Origin: Lytechinus pictus
Taxonomy: Eukaryota
Length of the DNA stretch: 64,000 nt
Assembly: GCF_037042905.1 (NCBI RefSeq)
Contig: NC_087249.1
Location: 6,822,001-6,886,000 of the forward strand
Reading direction: 5' to 3'
Shown: piece after piece, positions 52,183 to 64,000 of the stretch
Layout of the letters: the number at the start of each line of letters is the position of its first letter
Position numbering within the stretch: position 1 is the first letter of the stretch
Notes under the pieces: generated by a model
The model's input: only the letters and a program-made list of their open reading frames with translations
Database searches by the model: none
What the model was told of the DNA's origin: nothing
Translations under genes and position numbers: made by a program

Positions 52183-52792
52183 ATGATCATGATGACGATG
52201 GTGATGGGGATGGTTGTGATCACGGTGATCGGTGACCATGATCGAGCAGATGATGATGATTGCGTCGGTGATTATGGTGACATGTGGGGATATGACACCA
52301 TCAGCCCACCTAATGAATATTCATAAAGACATGCCTAGAACTGTTTCACCGGAATATTACAAATCTTTAACATTCAATAACTTCATTATTTGTGATCCGA
52401 TTTTGATCAAATTTTCAGCATTTTGCGATGTGAATTTTACTCTATTTATTGAGATATAAATATTTCCAGCCTGGACAATCCCTTTCAGGTGACATGATGA
52501 TAACAATGGGGTGACTATGATGATGAAGGTGATGACGATGATGATGATGATGTTGACGATGATGATGATGATGGTGATGGTAATGGTGATGACGGTGATG
52601 ATGACGACGACGATGGTGATGATGATTATGATGATGACGATGGGGTGACTATGATGATGAAATTGATGACGATGTTGACGATGGTGATGGTAATGATGAA
52701 TGTGATGATGATGATGATGATGATGATAACGAGGTGAGTGATGATGAGAATATTGCTAATCATAGTCATAATGAGAATGATGGGGTGATGAT
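52183..52792. repeat. (GAT)n-rich tract interrupted by a MITE end fragment (~52330-52485), lying between the two convergent genes
   Basis: Direct inspection. Confidence 0.85.
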
Positions 52793-53365
52793 AAGAACGG
52801 TAAAGATGAATTCGAAATCGCACTCGTTTGCTTTCTTAGAGGCGAAGCGATAATGGTTAAACAAATTTGCATTTTAAAAGCAAGAAAGAGGATGCATTAC
52901 CGGTATTTTGTTACGGCGACAATTTGACAAGTATTCACACTCGTTGAACATTAAGCTTAATGCAGTCATTAATTGCAATATTTATTGTAAGTTGTTTAAT
53001 CGTAATCCTTTATCCTTTAATTAAATGTTCGTTCTGCAAGGCTAACAGCACTGTCAACACGCTGTTCAAAAATTTCAAGGACGTTGTTTAAGCCCGTCAC
53101 TCTAACAACAAGTTGTTTAAGCTTTCAAACAATTGTTTAAACTTTTATGAAATTTGTTTATTTCAAAACAACTTGTTTGATACTGAAATAGTTTTTAGAG
53201 TGACTTGCTTAAAAAAAAATGTGCTCGAAAAGTCAAACAGCGATTTTACAGTGAAGCGATTCCATTATATTCCCTCAAATCGAAATTTTTCTCTTTAGAC
53301 AGATCAAAATATGGATGTTCCCAATATTTTTCATTTCACAAGATCTCTTACAGAGCGAGAATTCC

Positions 53366-53551
53366 TTACGCTGGTTGACAGGATTCCAACCGCTTCAGCA
53401 GTCTTCTGACACCTTTCTGGAGTTCGACAAATTCCTGTTGAGCCCGATAGGCGTCCCTCAACATGCGGTCCATCGCTTCCTGCTCACGGGCAAGGTCGGT
53501 CAGGAGTTCGTTAACTTCACGACGGCAGAGCCGGCCTCGACGACCACGGAC
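53366..53551 (-). CDS. Last coding exon of the same gene: coiled coil VRGRRGRLCRREVNELLTDLAREQEAMDRMLRDAYRAQQEFVELQKGVRRLLKRLESCQPA*
   Basis: Acceptor tttgtttctttgatgaaag|, 62 in-frame codons ending in TAA, phase matches the 54028 donor; AATAAA on the - strand at 52981-52986. Confidence 0.85.
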   Translation of the reverse strand, partial: VRGRRGRLCRREVNELLTDLAREQEAMDRMLRDAYRAQQEFVELQKGVRRLLKRLESCQPA

Positions 53552-54027
53552 CTTTCATCAAAGAAACAAAACACGACGTCATGCTTGAGTACCAGAAAGT
53601 GAATGGATGATGCCTTTTGGATTCTTATGGAATAAAGTGAAGTCTCAAGATTGTGTCTTATGTTAACATTGACATTTTCACCTGAAGTTATTTTGGCCTC
53701 AGTTCATAAACATTAATGGTAGCTCTTTCTCTCTCTCGCCCCACCCTCTCTGTCTCTCTCTCTCCATTTATCAGTGGTAGCTACCATTGTATGCTCATCA
53801 GCCAATCAAAATTAAGGTTTTCATGATTATATTCGGTAAGTCAGTATCAATGTAATTTATGATAGACTTGTTACATTCAATCGGCAAAAAACAATTCGAA
53901 ACAAATTATTGTCTATTTATTATCCGATGATTATATCATCGTGTTTGTTAAGCTGATTATCTTTTTTTCATATCATAGTTTTTATGATAAGAAGAACGAA
54001 AAAATATAATTACAAATGTAGACTTAC

Positions 54028-56068
54028 ATATTCAAAGTGATTCTCGTTGGCATCCACCCTCTGCCTGGAAAGTTCTTTAGCTTCCCCTACGCCGCCAGAA
54101 TCTACAGGAATACCACCTTCTTCCATGAGCTGATGTCTACTTTCATCTGCGGATTCATCACCTCTTGGATCTGGTTTATTAACCGATGTGTCTGTTTCAT
54201 CCAAAACGTGACAGTTGTGTTGTGTAGATTCTAGGTAGTTCTCGAATTTCCTTTGAACAATGGGATTAGTTTCTTTCGTTGAACGATGGTTTGTGTTGTA
54301 CGACGTTTCACCGTGAAAGATGCTGTCGGAGGCTAGTCCATGGACATTCGCCCGATGCCTGGTTTGAATATCTTGCCAGCGTCTCTCACCTTCGTCTTGC
54401 CGATTCAAGTTGCGATCACTGTCGGACACCGATTCCTGATTTGACTTGTCAAGCCCAGCTAACACTGTGACAGTTGGGTCACCATCAAGGGCATGTGTTG
54501 CACTATTGGTCTCATCTTCCATAGCAACACGCGTGTCATTCCTACATGTATTTCTTTCCAGACTTGGTGGCTGTAGTATTCCTGCAAGCTCTTCCTGGGA
54601 ACTTGACATGTCCCCTTCGCTGTCGTCCAATTCAAAACTTCCAGGACTCGATTTTGGAGGGCTCGGGAGGGTAAGTATTCTGTCTAAGGTATCTGCCTGA
54701 GAGTAGAACTCACTGGAAGAACTCTCCAGACTTTCAAAACGCTCAGTGTCTCCGGTGCTGTAGCAACGACGTCGATGACTCTCAGTCCCTTCCCGTATGG
54801 CCCGAGGAAGCTTCGTTGGTGACCTAGCCCTGAAATCGGACGTCTTTTTTGCCAGTTTGGTGTCTGTGCCGTGCTCATCGGCAACCATGTAAACTGTTTC
54901 TTCGACGTCGTCATTCTCATCGATAACACGAAACACACTGTTGTCTTCATCTGGTTCGAATTCTACGAGGCATGTCGACTCAACTTCCGCATCGTCAAAC
55001 TCTGCATCCTCTCCATCGCAGTCGTCGCAATCACCAAATTCGGATTCATTATCACTTCTACCTTCATCTGGTTCGACAATCTCAAAGCTGAATACCATTC
55101 CAGTTTCACAATCAACTTCAAATTCATATTTGCGACGCCGTTTATGATGGTGTTTATACCGTTGTCGTTTGGCCTCTTCATCATCCGCTTGAATCGAGGA
55201 TGGGACATCTTCGAAGATATCGTCATCGGAGTCATATTCTCCGTCCACATCATCAACGCTGTCGGGAAAGGACGTGTTCATGTAATCCTCTGCTGCCAGC
55301 TCGAAGCTTCTTTCTTCCTCCGTCGTGGAAATGAGGGAAGGACTCAATTCTCGAATGTTCCTGTTCTCAGGCAATCCTTGTTGTCTCGCAACGGCTAAAT
55401 CATCCTTCACAATCAAATCTTCATCTGCAGCAGAACATCCCTCCGTGCTTGGTAGAGTAGAATTAATCTCTTCAGAAATCAAATCTAGGTAAGAATCATC
55501 AGTAGCTGTGAAAACAGGTTGGCAGTCAACGCCATCTCTGCGGCGATCTTCGTCAGCTTTTAACGCACAGTTCTCTAAACTCGCTTTGTCTCTCGCCGGG
55601 CCGTCCACCACGAGCTCTTTTACGGCTTTCACCAACAGGTAGTCAACATAGAGATTGACCTGACTGCAAAATTCGTCCTCATGCTCGGCAGCATTCACAT
55701 ACCCAGATCGCCCTCCAGTGGACACCAGTGGTTGTCTCCTGTTATTCTTGCGGTATGATTTCCCACGCGGTGTCTTCTTGGTCGTCAAGTTGGTTGGTTT
55801 AGGCTGTGAAGGTTGGAGTGATGTGGCGGTGATGACGTCCTTTTCACTTTCTCCTCGGCATTTGACTCCATCCTCATCACTTAAGATGTCTCTGTCGGTC
55901 GACTGAGAGAAGTGGTCAGCGTCTCCCATCGCATGTACCGGTATTTCGTTATGATTTCCGCAAACTGTTGTAACGAACCCCAATGGCCAACAGCAAAGTG
56001 AGATAAAGGACTGATACAACCGGTTGGCAGATGTTATTACTGAACAGAAGTAGATTATTGCTGTAGAA
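54028..56068 (-). CDS. Large internal exon (~680 codons) of an uncharacterised acidic, low-complexity protein
   Basis: 669-aa ORF in the track. Acceptor tttcttcttgatttag| at 56069, donor TAT|gtaagt at 54027 (phase 0). Hydrophobic/Cys-rich N-terminal segment followed by D/E/S-rich sequence. Confidence 0.85.
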
Positions 56069-56261
56069 CTAAATCAAGAAGAAACAAGAGCAATGATGAA
56101 CTACTGAATAATGATCGCATATGTACATGCGCGCGCATGCAACAAAAATAGCACGTGTTTTATTTTATGTAGCGCGCCAAAATGTCATGACAACGAGTTG
56201 ATCGTCTGGGCGCGCCTAGTGCGTGATCTATGACGCAATAATTGATGGATCGTTGCGTTAA

Positions 56262-57196
56262 GGACGTTCCACAGTTAAAGTGAAATCCATGTCATTTTCA
56301 CCAAACTTTGCACATAGATACTTTAGAACCTTAATATTCGAAATATGCAAAAATTAACATAGGTCCATGTACTTGATTTTTTGCTATAGAGCTTCAAAGT
56401 TCACCCAAATTGATGTTCTTAAGAATTGCGCATTCAAAAGAATTTGGCATTTTTAGACCGCCCAAGATTACTACAATGAGTTTAAACCTCCATTACTCAT
56501 TCAAAATACATGAAAAAGTCATCAAATTTCGCAAGAGAGTTAATAATTGTATCGTTAGAATGGAGAATCTATTAATAGTGCTATTTGTTTGCAATTTTAA
56601 GTTTAACAGCACTGTCAGTTCTTAAAAATGGCGTAAAAGAGAACAAAATCCCAATCTGAAAAATGTAAAATTTCAGTAACAAACTACAAACGTACAATAA
56701 ATGCTGCACTTTATTCAAAATCCATGTCATTTTCACCAAAATTTGCAGAGTTGTAGAGGAAGGTATACCTAAGAGGTACAAACATTAAAAAATAGGGGTT
56801 CATGTGCTTGTTTTTAAACTATCAGCATTTTTATTAGAGCAAATGTGCTTTTTAAAACACCAAAAATGGGCCGAATGCTTAGTATCTATGTGAAGAAAAA
56901 ATCAAAACCACTCTACCATTTATTCAAACTCGGGCTAATATTCGTGATTCTTGGCAGCACTGCAGAGTAAAGTATTTTGAAATTGTAGAGAATATTTTTT
57001 TGAATGGTCCATGGAATAATTCAATTTTTTAGCTTCATGAAATAACGCATCGGATCTGCAGTTAAAGTGCAGAAGATGAGAAAAATCAGCTCATACCCGC
57101 AGCTAATTAATACCTGTTCATCCATTGTGACGTCAGCGCGCAGAGTGTAAACTATGCGCAGATCATAATGCGCACAAATATAACTGTGGAACGTCC
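56262..57196. mobile_element. Non-autonomous TIR element A (Kolobok-like, TTAA-flanked)
   Basis: TIR GGACGTTCCACAGTTA…TAACTGTGGAACGTCC, with TTAA on both sides (56258-56261, 57197-57200). Confidence 0.8.
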
Positions 57197-57200
57197 TTAA

Positions 57201-60200
57201 GGACGTTCCACAGTTAAAATGAAGTCCATGTCATTTTCACCAAATTTTGCAGAGAGTTACTCTGGTATTTATGCGTTATGAAAATGCAAAAAATAATATA
57301 GGTTCATGTGCTTATTTTTTTTCTACGGGTCTTCAAAGTCGCCGTATTTGAATGATATGCAATCTTGCGCAATTTAAGAGAATTTTGCCTCTCTTAGACC
57401 TCACGAATTCACCAAATGAGTTTAAATCATCTTCACTCAGCGGATATCGCATCAAACTTCATCAAATTTTCAAGATATATAACAAAGTGTATACCAAAGT
57501 AAGAGAAAGCCTTTTAATTGGTAAAACTATATCTATCTGGAGTCAGCAGCGCCCTCATTTGGCAAGAATGGTGCAAAAACTCGGAAAAAGCAAATCTTCA
57601 AAGACGTGAATCTACTCAAAAATTTAAAAAGTATTTTGTAAGCTGCACTTTTTTCAAAATCCATGTCATTTTCATCAAATTCTGCTAATTTGTAGAGGAA
57701 TGCATATCGAAGGTGTAGGGAAGTTTTTTAACTATGAGTGTCCAAAGTGATGCGAGTTGGCATCGAAATCGCCGAAAATGCGCCCAAAACGTGCAAAAGT
57801 CTAATAATATCGTCTAAAATGCGAATGGTTCCGTAGTTTTGCTCCCAAACACTCAAAATCCATGTCATTTTCATCATACTCTCTAGATTTGTAGAGGAAT
57901 ATATTCTAAAGACATTAGAATATTAAAAATATGGGGTCTATGTGCTCGTTTTTAAACTATCAGTGTCTAAACTGTTGCGAGTTGGCTTGAAACAGCCCAA
58001 AATGCGCCGAAAACAAGCACAAGTCTTATAATACCGTCCGAAATGTCTAAAATACGAATGATTCCGTAGTTCTGCTCCCAAACACTCAAAATCCATGTCA
58101 TTTTCATCATACTCTCTAGATTTGCAGAGAAATATATTCCGATGACGTTAAAATATTAAAAACATGGGGTCCATGTGCTCGTTTTTAAACTATCAGTGTC
58201 TAAACTGTTGCGAGTTGGCTTGAAACAGCCCAAAATGCGCCGAAAACAAGCACAAGTCTTATAATACCGTCCGAAATGTCTAAAATACGAATGATTCCGT
58301 AGTTCTGCTCCCAAACACTCAAAATCCATGTCATTTTCATCATACTCTCTAGATTTGCAGAGAAATATATTCCGATGACGTTAAAATATTAAAAACATGG
58401 GGTCCATGTGCTCGTTTTTAAACTATCAATGTCCAAAGTGTTGCGAGTTGACTTAAAAGAATTGAAATCCACCTAAGATGCGCCGAAAACGTGCAAAGTC
58501 TAATAATACCGTCTAAAATGCGAATGGTTCCGTAGTTTTGCTCCCAAACACTCAAAATCCATGTCATTTTCATCATACTCTCTAGATTTGTAGAGGAATA
58601 CATTCTAAAGGCATTAAAATATCAAAAATATGGGGTCTATGTGCTCGTTTTTAAACTATCAGTGTCCAAATTGTTGCGAGTTGGCTTGAAAATATTGAAA
58701 TGCACCTAAAATGCGCCGAAAACGTGCAGAAGTCTATACCCTCTAAAATGCAAACGGTTCCGTAGTTTTGCTCCCTAACATTCAAAATCCATGTCATTTT
58801 CATCATACTCTCTAGATTTGTAGAGGAATATATTCTAAAGACATTAGAATATTAAAAATATGGGGTCTATGTGCTCGTTTTTAAACTATCAGTGTCTAAA
58901 CTGTTGCGAGTTGGCTTGAAACAGCCCAAAATGCGCCAAAAACAAGCACAAGTCTTATAATACCGTCCGAAATGTCTAAAATACGAATGATTCCGTAGTT
59001 CTGCTCCCAAACACTCAAAATCCATGTCATTTTCATCATACTCTCTAGATTTGCAGAGAAATATATTCCGATGACGTTAAAATATTAAAAACATGGGGTC
59101 CATGTGCTCGTTTTTAAACTATCAGTGTCCAAAGTGTTGCGAGTTGACTTAAAAGAATTGAAATCCACCTAAAATGCGCCGAAAACGTGCAAAGTCTAAT
59201 AATACCGTCTAAAATGCAAACGGTTCCGTAGTTTTGCTCCCTAACATTGAAAATCCATGTCATTTTCATCATACTCTCTAGATTTGTAGAGGAATATATT
59301 CTAAAGACATTAGAATATTAAAAATATGGGGTCCATGTGCTCGTTTTTAAACTATCAGTGTCTAAACTGTTGCGAGTTGGCTTGAAACAGCCCAAAATGC
59401 GCCGAAAACAAGTAAAAGTCAGATAATACCATCCAAAATGTCTAAAATACGAATGGTTCCGTAGTTCTGCTCCTAAACATTCAAAATCCATGTCATTTTC
59501 ATCATACTCTCTAGATTTGTAGAGGAATGTATTCTGAAGAAGTTAAGATATTTAAACTATGGGGTCCATGTCCTCATTTTCAAATTATCAGTGTCCAAAG
59601 CATTGCGGGTTGGCTTGAAACAGCCCAAAATGCGCCGAAAACAAGCAAAAGTCTGTTAATACAGTCTAAAATGCGAATGGTTCCGTAGTCTTGCTCCCAA
59701 ACATTGAAAATCCATGTCATTTTCATTATACTTTGCACATAGATACTTTAGCACCTGAATATTTCAAATATAAAAAAATTTACATGGGTCCATGTGCTTG
59801 ATTTTTTGCTATAGAGCTTCAAAGTTAACCCAAAATGGATGATGTTCTTAATAATTGCGCATCCAAAAGAATTTGGCATTTTTAGACCTCACGAGATCAC
59901 AACAATGAGTTTAAAGCTCTATTAATCAGTCAAAATCTATAAAGATTTCATCAAATTTTGCAATATGATTAATAATTGTATCCGTAAGATTGATAATTGA
60001 TTTATATTGCTGTCAATTGTTTGCTCATTGAAGTTTAACAACACTCTCAGTTCTTAGAAATTGCGGGAAAGATACTCAACCTCAAAAATTTCAAATTTCA
60101 ATAACAAACTTGAGAAGTAAAAGAAATGCTGCACTTTAGTCAAAACCCATGTCATTTTCACAAAACTTTGCAAAGTTGTAAAGGAAGGTATACCTAAGAG

Positions 60201-60620
60201 GTGCAAACATTAAAAAATATGGGTTAATGTGCTTGTTTTCAAACTATCAGCACTCTTGAGAGCAAATTTGCTTCTTAAAACACCCGAAAACGCGCCAAAA
60301 GCTTTGTATATAATAATGTGAGGAAAAATTCCGAACCACTTTTCCATTTATTCAAACTCGGGGTCATATTCATGATACTTTGCGGCACTTTAGAGAAACT
60401 ATTTTGAAATTGTAGAGGAATAACAAAAATGGTCCATGGAATAATTCCAGTTTATTAGCTTCATAAAATAACACATCGGATCTGCAGTTAGTAAAGATAA
60501 GGAGAAAAATCAGCTCACAGTACAGCTGATTAATCACCAGTTCATCCATTGTGACGTCAGCGCGCAGAGTGTAAAATATGCGCAGATCATGATGCGCACA
60601 AACATAACTGTGGAACGTCC
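57201..60620. mobile_element. Non-autonomous TIR element B, same family as A, carrying an internal satellite
   Basis: Same 16-bp TIRs; 59706-60620 aligns by eye with element A; left flank TTAA, right flank TTCT. Confidence 0.8.
57655..59750. repeat. ~233-bp tandem satellite (~9 units) inside element B
   Basis: The motif (C/G)AAAATCCATGTCATTTTCA recurs at 57854, 58087, 58320, 58553, 58783, 59016, 59249, 59482 and 59706. Confidence 0.92.
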
Positions 60621-63600
60621 TTCTGATGTGACGTAATAATGTGTTTTCTCTTCTGTTTACTTTGTCTGCAGACTTTCGAAATTGAATTTCTGTAGTATAA
60701 ATGACTTTTTTTTCCTAAAAGATAAAAGTGTTTTTCATTTCTATTTTTCTCACTTAGCCCCACCCCCGTACTGCGTTCAGCTGCAAGCCAGGTTGTTTTC
60801 TGCAATTTCATATTGAATCGAACATTACAATAAGGACGAAATCAATGCTGATTTAACAAAATGATATGAAGCAATGAAAACGAAATTCATTAAAAAAAAA
60901 AAAAAACACGATCACAAATAAAGATCACAATCTCCACCAGTTGGGTTATAGGTTGCTAGTCTTTTGCAGCAGGTGATTGTAATTCCAATGTTATAATGGA
61001 ATTCGGGTCCATTGGATATGCATTCTTTTATTATATCATAAAAGGATGAATCCTAGCGAGATTGGGAAACCAAACAAGACGAGATGTGTACGACTTCACA
61101 TTAGTTCGAGAGGCGCAGTTTCACTTGCATTTGTTGATTTGTTATAAGTTGCTGCAAGATTTTGCATCAATCGCCGGTGTGTCAAGAGGAACAAGATGCC
61201 ATGATAGGCATTGTAACCAGCCTGTGGTTTCAGGAACGCCCATCATTGTAAGTTAATGAAAAACACAATTTTTGGTTTCGACGAGAAAGAAATGATGCAT
61301 TGAATTGTTTTGAATGTATAATCAAACAGCATTTATTTCTACGAAAGCTAAATAGCAAAAACCCGTGTTTGCATTTGTAAAAAAAAAAAACCCAAACAAA
61401 AAATATTCAGTAATATGAAGATGAGAGATAAATTAGTTCTATATCCATGATATGGGGTTTGCTTATCAAATTGTGATACTAAATGGATGTCACTTCATTC
61501 TTAATCTACTGCCTGAGAGAAATGTGAAGTATTGTTATTGTTTCAGTTTTTTTATTGATTGTGTAATTATAATTACTTGTGTAGATTTGTTTTTTTAATA
61601 TTTGACTCAATAAAATGCTTTTGGAGGGCTGAAAATTGTATTTTAAAAAGGTATGTAAGTTTTTTTGTGACATTCTATTGTCAGGAGCCTGGGAAGGATT
61701 TTTGAATAGGGGGTGCTGGTATGAGGAAAATTAACAAGAAAAAAACATTAATTAAAAAGCATTACTCCTAATAGAAAATTGACAAGCAAAACACACACAC
61801 ACACACACAAAACAAATAAAAGCAAGGTCCTCACTCCCAAATGATGGTGATTTGGGTCATTTATTTTCTTGATTGCTGCATATCAACTTCATTTCCAAGA
61901 GGTGCTATACAGTGTCAGTGCATAGCATACGCAGAATCCCTAGAAAAGTCTAAAGGTGCTCCAGGATCCTAAGGACCCACGATTTTTGGTAGCGATTTAT
62001 TTATTTATTTATTTATTTTTTTTTTTTTTGGGGGGGGGGAGGGCAGCCCCATCTCTACGCCACGGGGCCCGTGATTTTATGCTATGATGACGTTTATAAA
62101 GTAGATCAAAGTGCGATGTCTTTTAAGTCGATCACTTTAAGGTTCAGTATGACAAAACAATGTATTTACCAGACATTGTTTTAACTTTTTTTTATAATTT
62201 CTTGTCGCCTTCAATTCTATAAATAGATAGAAAAGGTTGTCGAACGATAAACTTTTCAGTCCAATTTCGATTGTTGGATGGTTACTCACAAATTATATGG
62301 GTTACACATCAGTTTCCAGATATAGGCCGAAGGTCTTGTAACTCTAGAACCCATGTAGCTTTAGGAATCAACAATTATGTGGTGCTTATAGAGGTATAAT
62401 CTATATCTATGCTGCTGCTCCACTATTTGTAGTATAAGCCATTTTGTAATTCTATTTTGCGCATGAGCAGATGAAGTTCATTGGCCATAAACCTGAATAT
62501 TGTTTTTTTTTAGATCACTGAGATTACCACGATTATCTAAAATTTAGATTTTAACATATTATGCTTGGTATTTAAAAAGTGACAACAATGTGCTCCGTCA
62601 AGTTTGGCATTTATGGCCGTACGTAGGATTTTTTTCGGGGGGGGGGGGAGACGCGTAAAAAGAGAGGGACAGAAGCGACCGAGCTTGTCATTGGGACGCT
62701 TTTGCATTTTCTAGAGTAACTTTACAGGATTTCCTGCTCCATTTGTGAACATTTTCAGTAAAGAAACCCCGTAGGTTTTCAAAATTTCGGGGGGGGGGGG
62801 AGGGGACATGTTGGTATTTTAGAATGTGTCATAAAAATAGCAAATTACTTAAAAGCTGACAATGTGAAAGTAGCTCTCCAAATTGTGGATTAACGTAACC
62901 TAAAAGTCGTGTCAACTAATCCATAAAAAAAATCCTTTATCAGAGTTGAATGTCACAGATCATATACCAGGCAAGCTCATGTAGTATCTTCTTTAAAGAA
63001 AGAAATAACAATTTAGTAACTATTTAATCGAAAATATTAAAGATCTTTGCGAAAAGTTGCTTTAGAGCTAATTACGAATTGATCAAAATGTAAACGTTAA
63101 CGTGAAAGCGTTGCATGCGGTTGATTAAACCAATCTAGCGAAATCTTACAAATTTACTTCACATTTATCACAAGCTCGATTAAATTTATCCGAATTATTC
63201 CAAACATTCGAATTCAGTAATATAGTCAATTTTACTTGAATCTAAATCAATCTTGTTTTCATGCCCCTGTATCTTTTTGTTCCGGTCGAAATCACACAAT
63301 CAGGAGAATTTATATTGATACGCTTTGATGTATATATGTGTAATACAATAAAAACATACTAAATATAAATATTTTTTAAGAAACTCCTTCCACCTTGTAA
63401 TTTCATTTTAAAGATTTAAAAGAAAATAAAGATTTATTTAAAAGACAAGTAAATGACAAGCAAATTACATGAATTTGATTTTATACCCGGAAAACATGCA
63501 CGCGATATTTCTTTTATATTGCGGTAAAGTCAGTTCTATCCACTCTTTCTTTCTTTCTTTCTTTCTCAAATTTTCCTCCTACCTCAGTTTATAATTTTTT

Positions 63601-64000
63601 TTCTGACGTCATAGTTGAATAAATTAGACCACAATATCCCTGTGAAAAGAAGATGGGTTGAAAGCCACGGATATCCGCCCGACACAAGCCCTGTTCATGA
63701 CCTCTTGTTACTCGTCAGCCCCATGATCATCTAAATATTGGTTTTGGGGGCATGGCCCCCGTGTGGGAACCGATAAAGTGAAATTGTTTTGGACTGATTT
63801 CATTAGTTTTGTTTGTCGGATTAGATTTGTGAAATCATTGTTTCAATTTGTATCAGCCCCTTTATCTGTCCTCTATCCCTTTCAAGGTTTTTTTTTTTAT
63901 ATTATAAATGCCAACGTGACCAACTTTCCTCTAAAAAATATACATGTCGAAAATTATTCCCCCTCCCAACATCTCTTTTTGTTAGTGCATGTGTGGTGTT

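Noticed and set aside
54037..55906. Multiple + strand and alternative-frame ORFs overlapping the 669-aa ORF
   Set aside because: Shadow ORFs of the real - strand exon.
61062..61256. Candidate upstream exon of the - strand acidic-protein gene, or a + strand exon
   Set aside because: No phase-compatible - strand donor or recognisable protein found. The 5' exons remain unidentified and may lie outside the window.

Overview
AT-rich, repeat-dense eukaryotic (animal) genomic DNA. The SINE and MITE types look echinoid (sea-urchin-like), which is my inference. The main feature is a complete + strand subgroup-B thrombospondin gene (TSP3/TSP4/COMP-like). I assembled it by hand as one probable non-coding first exon plus 23 coding exons (10796-50508). 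All intron phases are consistent, giving a 2940-nt CDS and a 979-aa protein: signal peptide, laminin-G/TSPN domain, CxxC coiled coil, 4 EGF domains, Ca-binding type-3 repeats with an RGD, and an L-lectin C-terminal domain. One intron needs a non-canonical GC donor. A convergent - strand gene contributes its last two coding exons (54028-56068, 53366-53551), encoding an unrecognised acidic, disordered protein with a C-terminal coiled coil. Introns and intergenic DNA hold tRNA-derived SINEs, a CR1-group LINE 3' fragment, several TTAA (Kolobok/T2-like) and hAT-like MITEs, micro- and minisatellites. Two elements stand out: a 921-bp non-autonomous AcademH-like transposon (9-bp TSD, RecQ-helicase fragment), and a head-to-tail pair of TTAA-flanked elements, one carrying an internal ~233-bp satellite. 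I saw no CRISPR, rRNA or bona fide tRNA genes and no clearly new multi-gene system.
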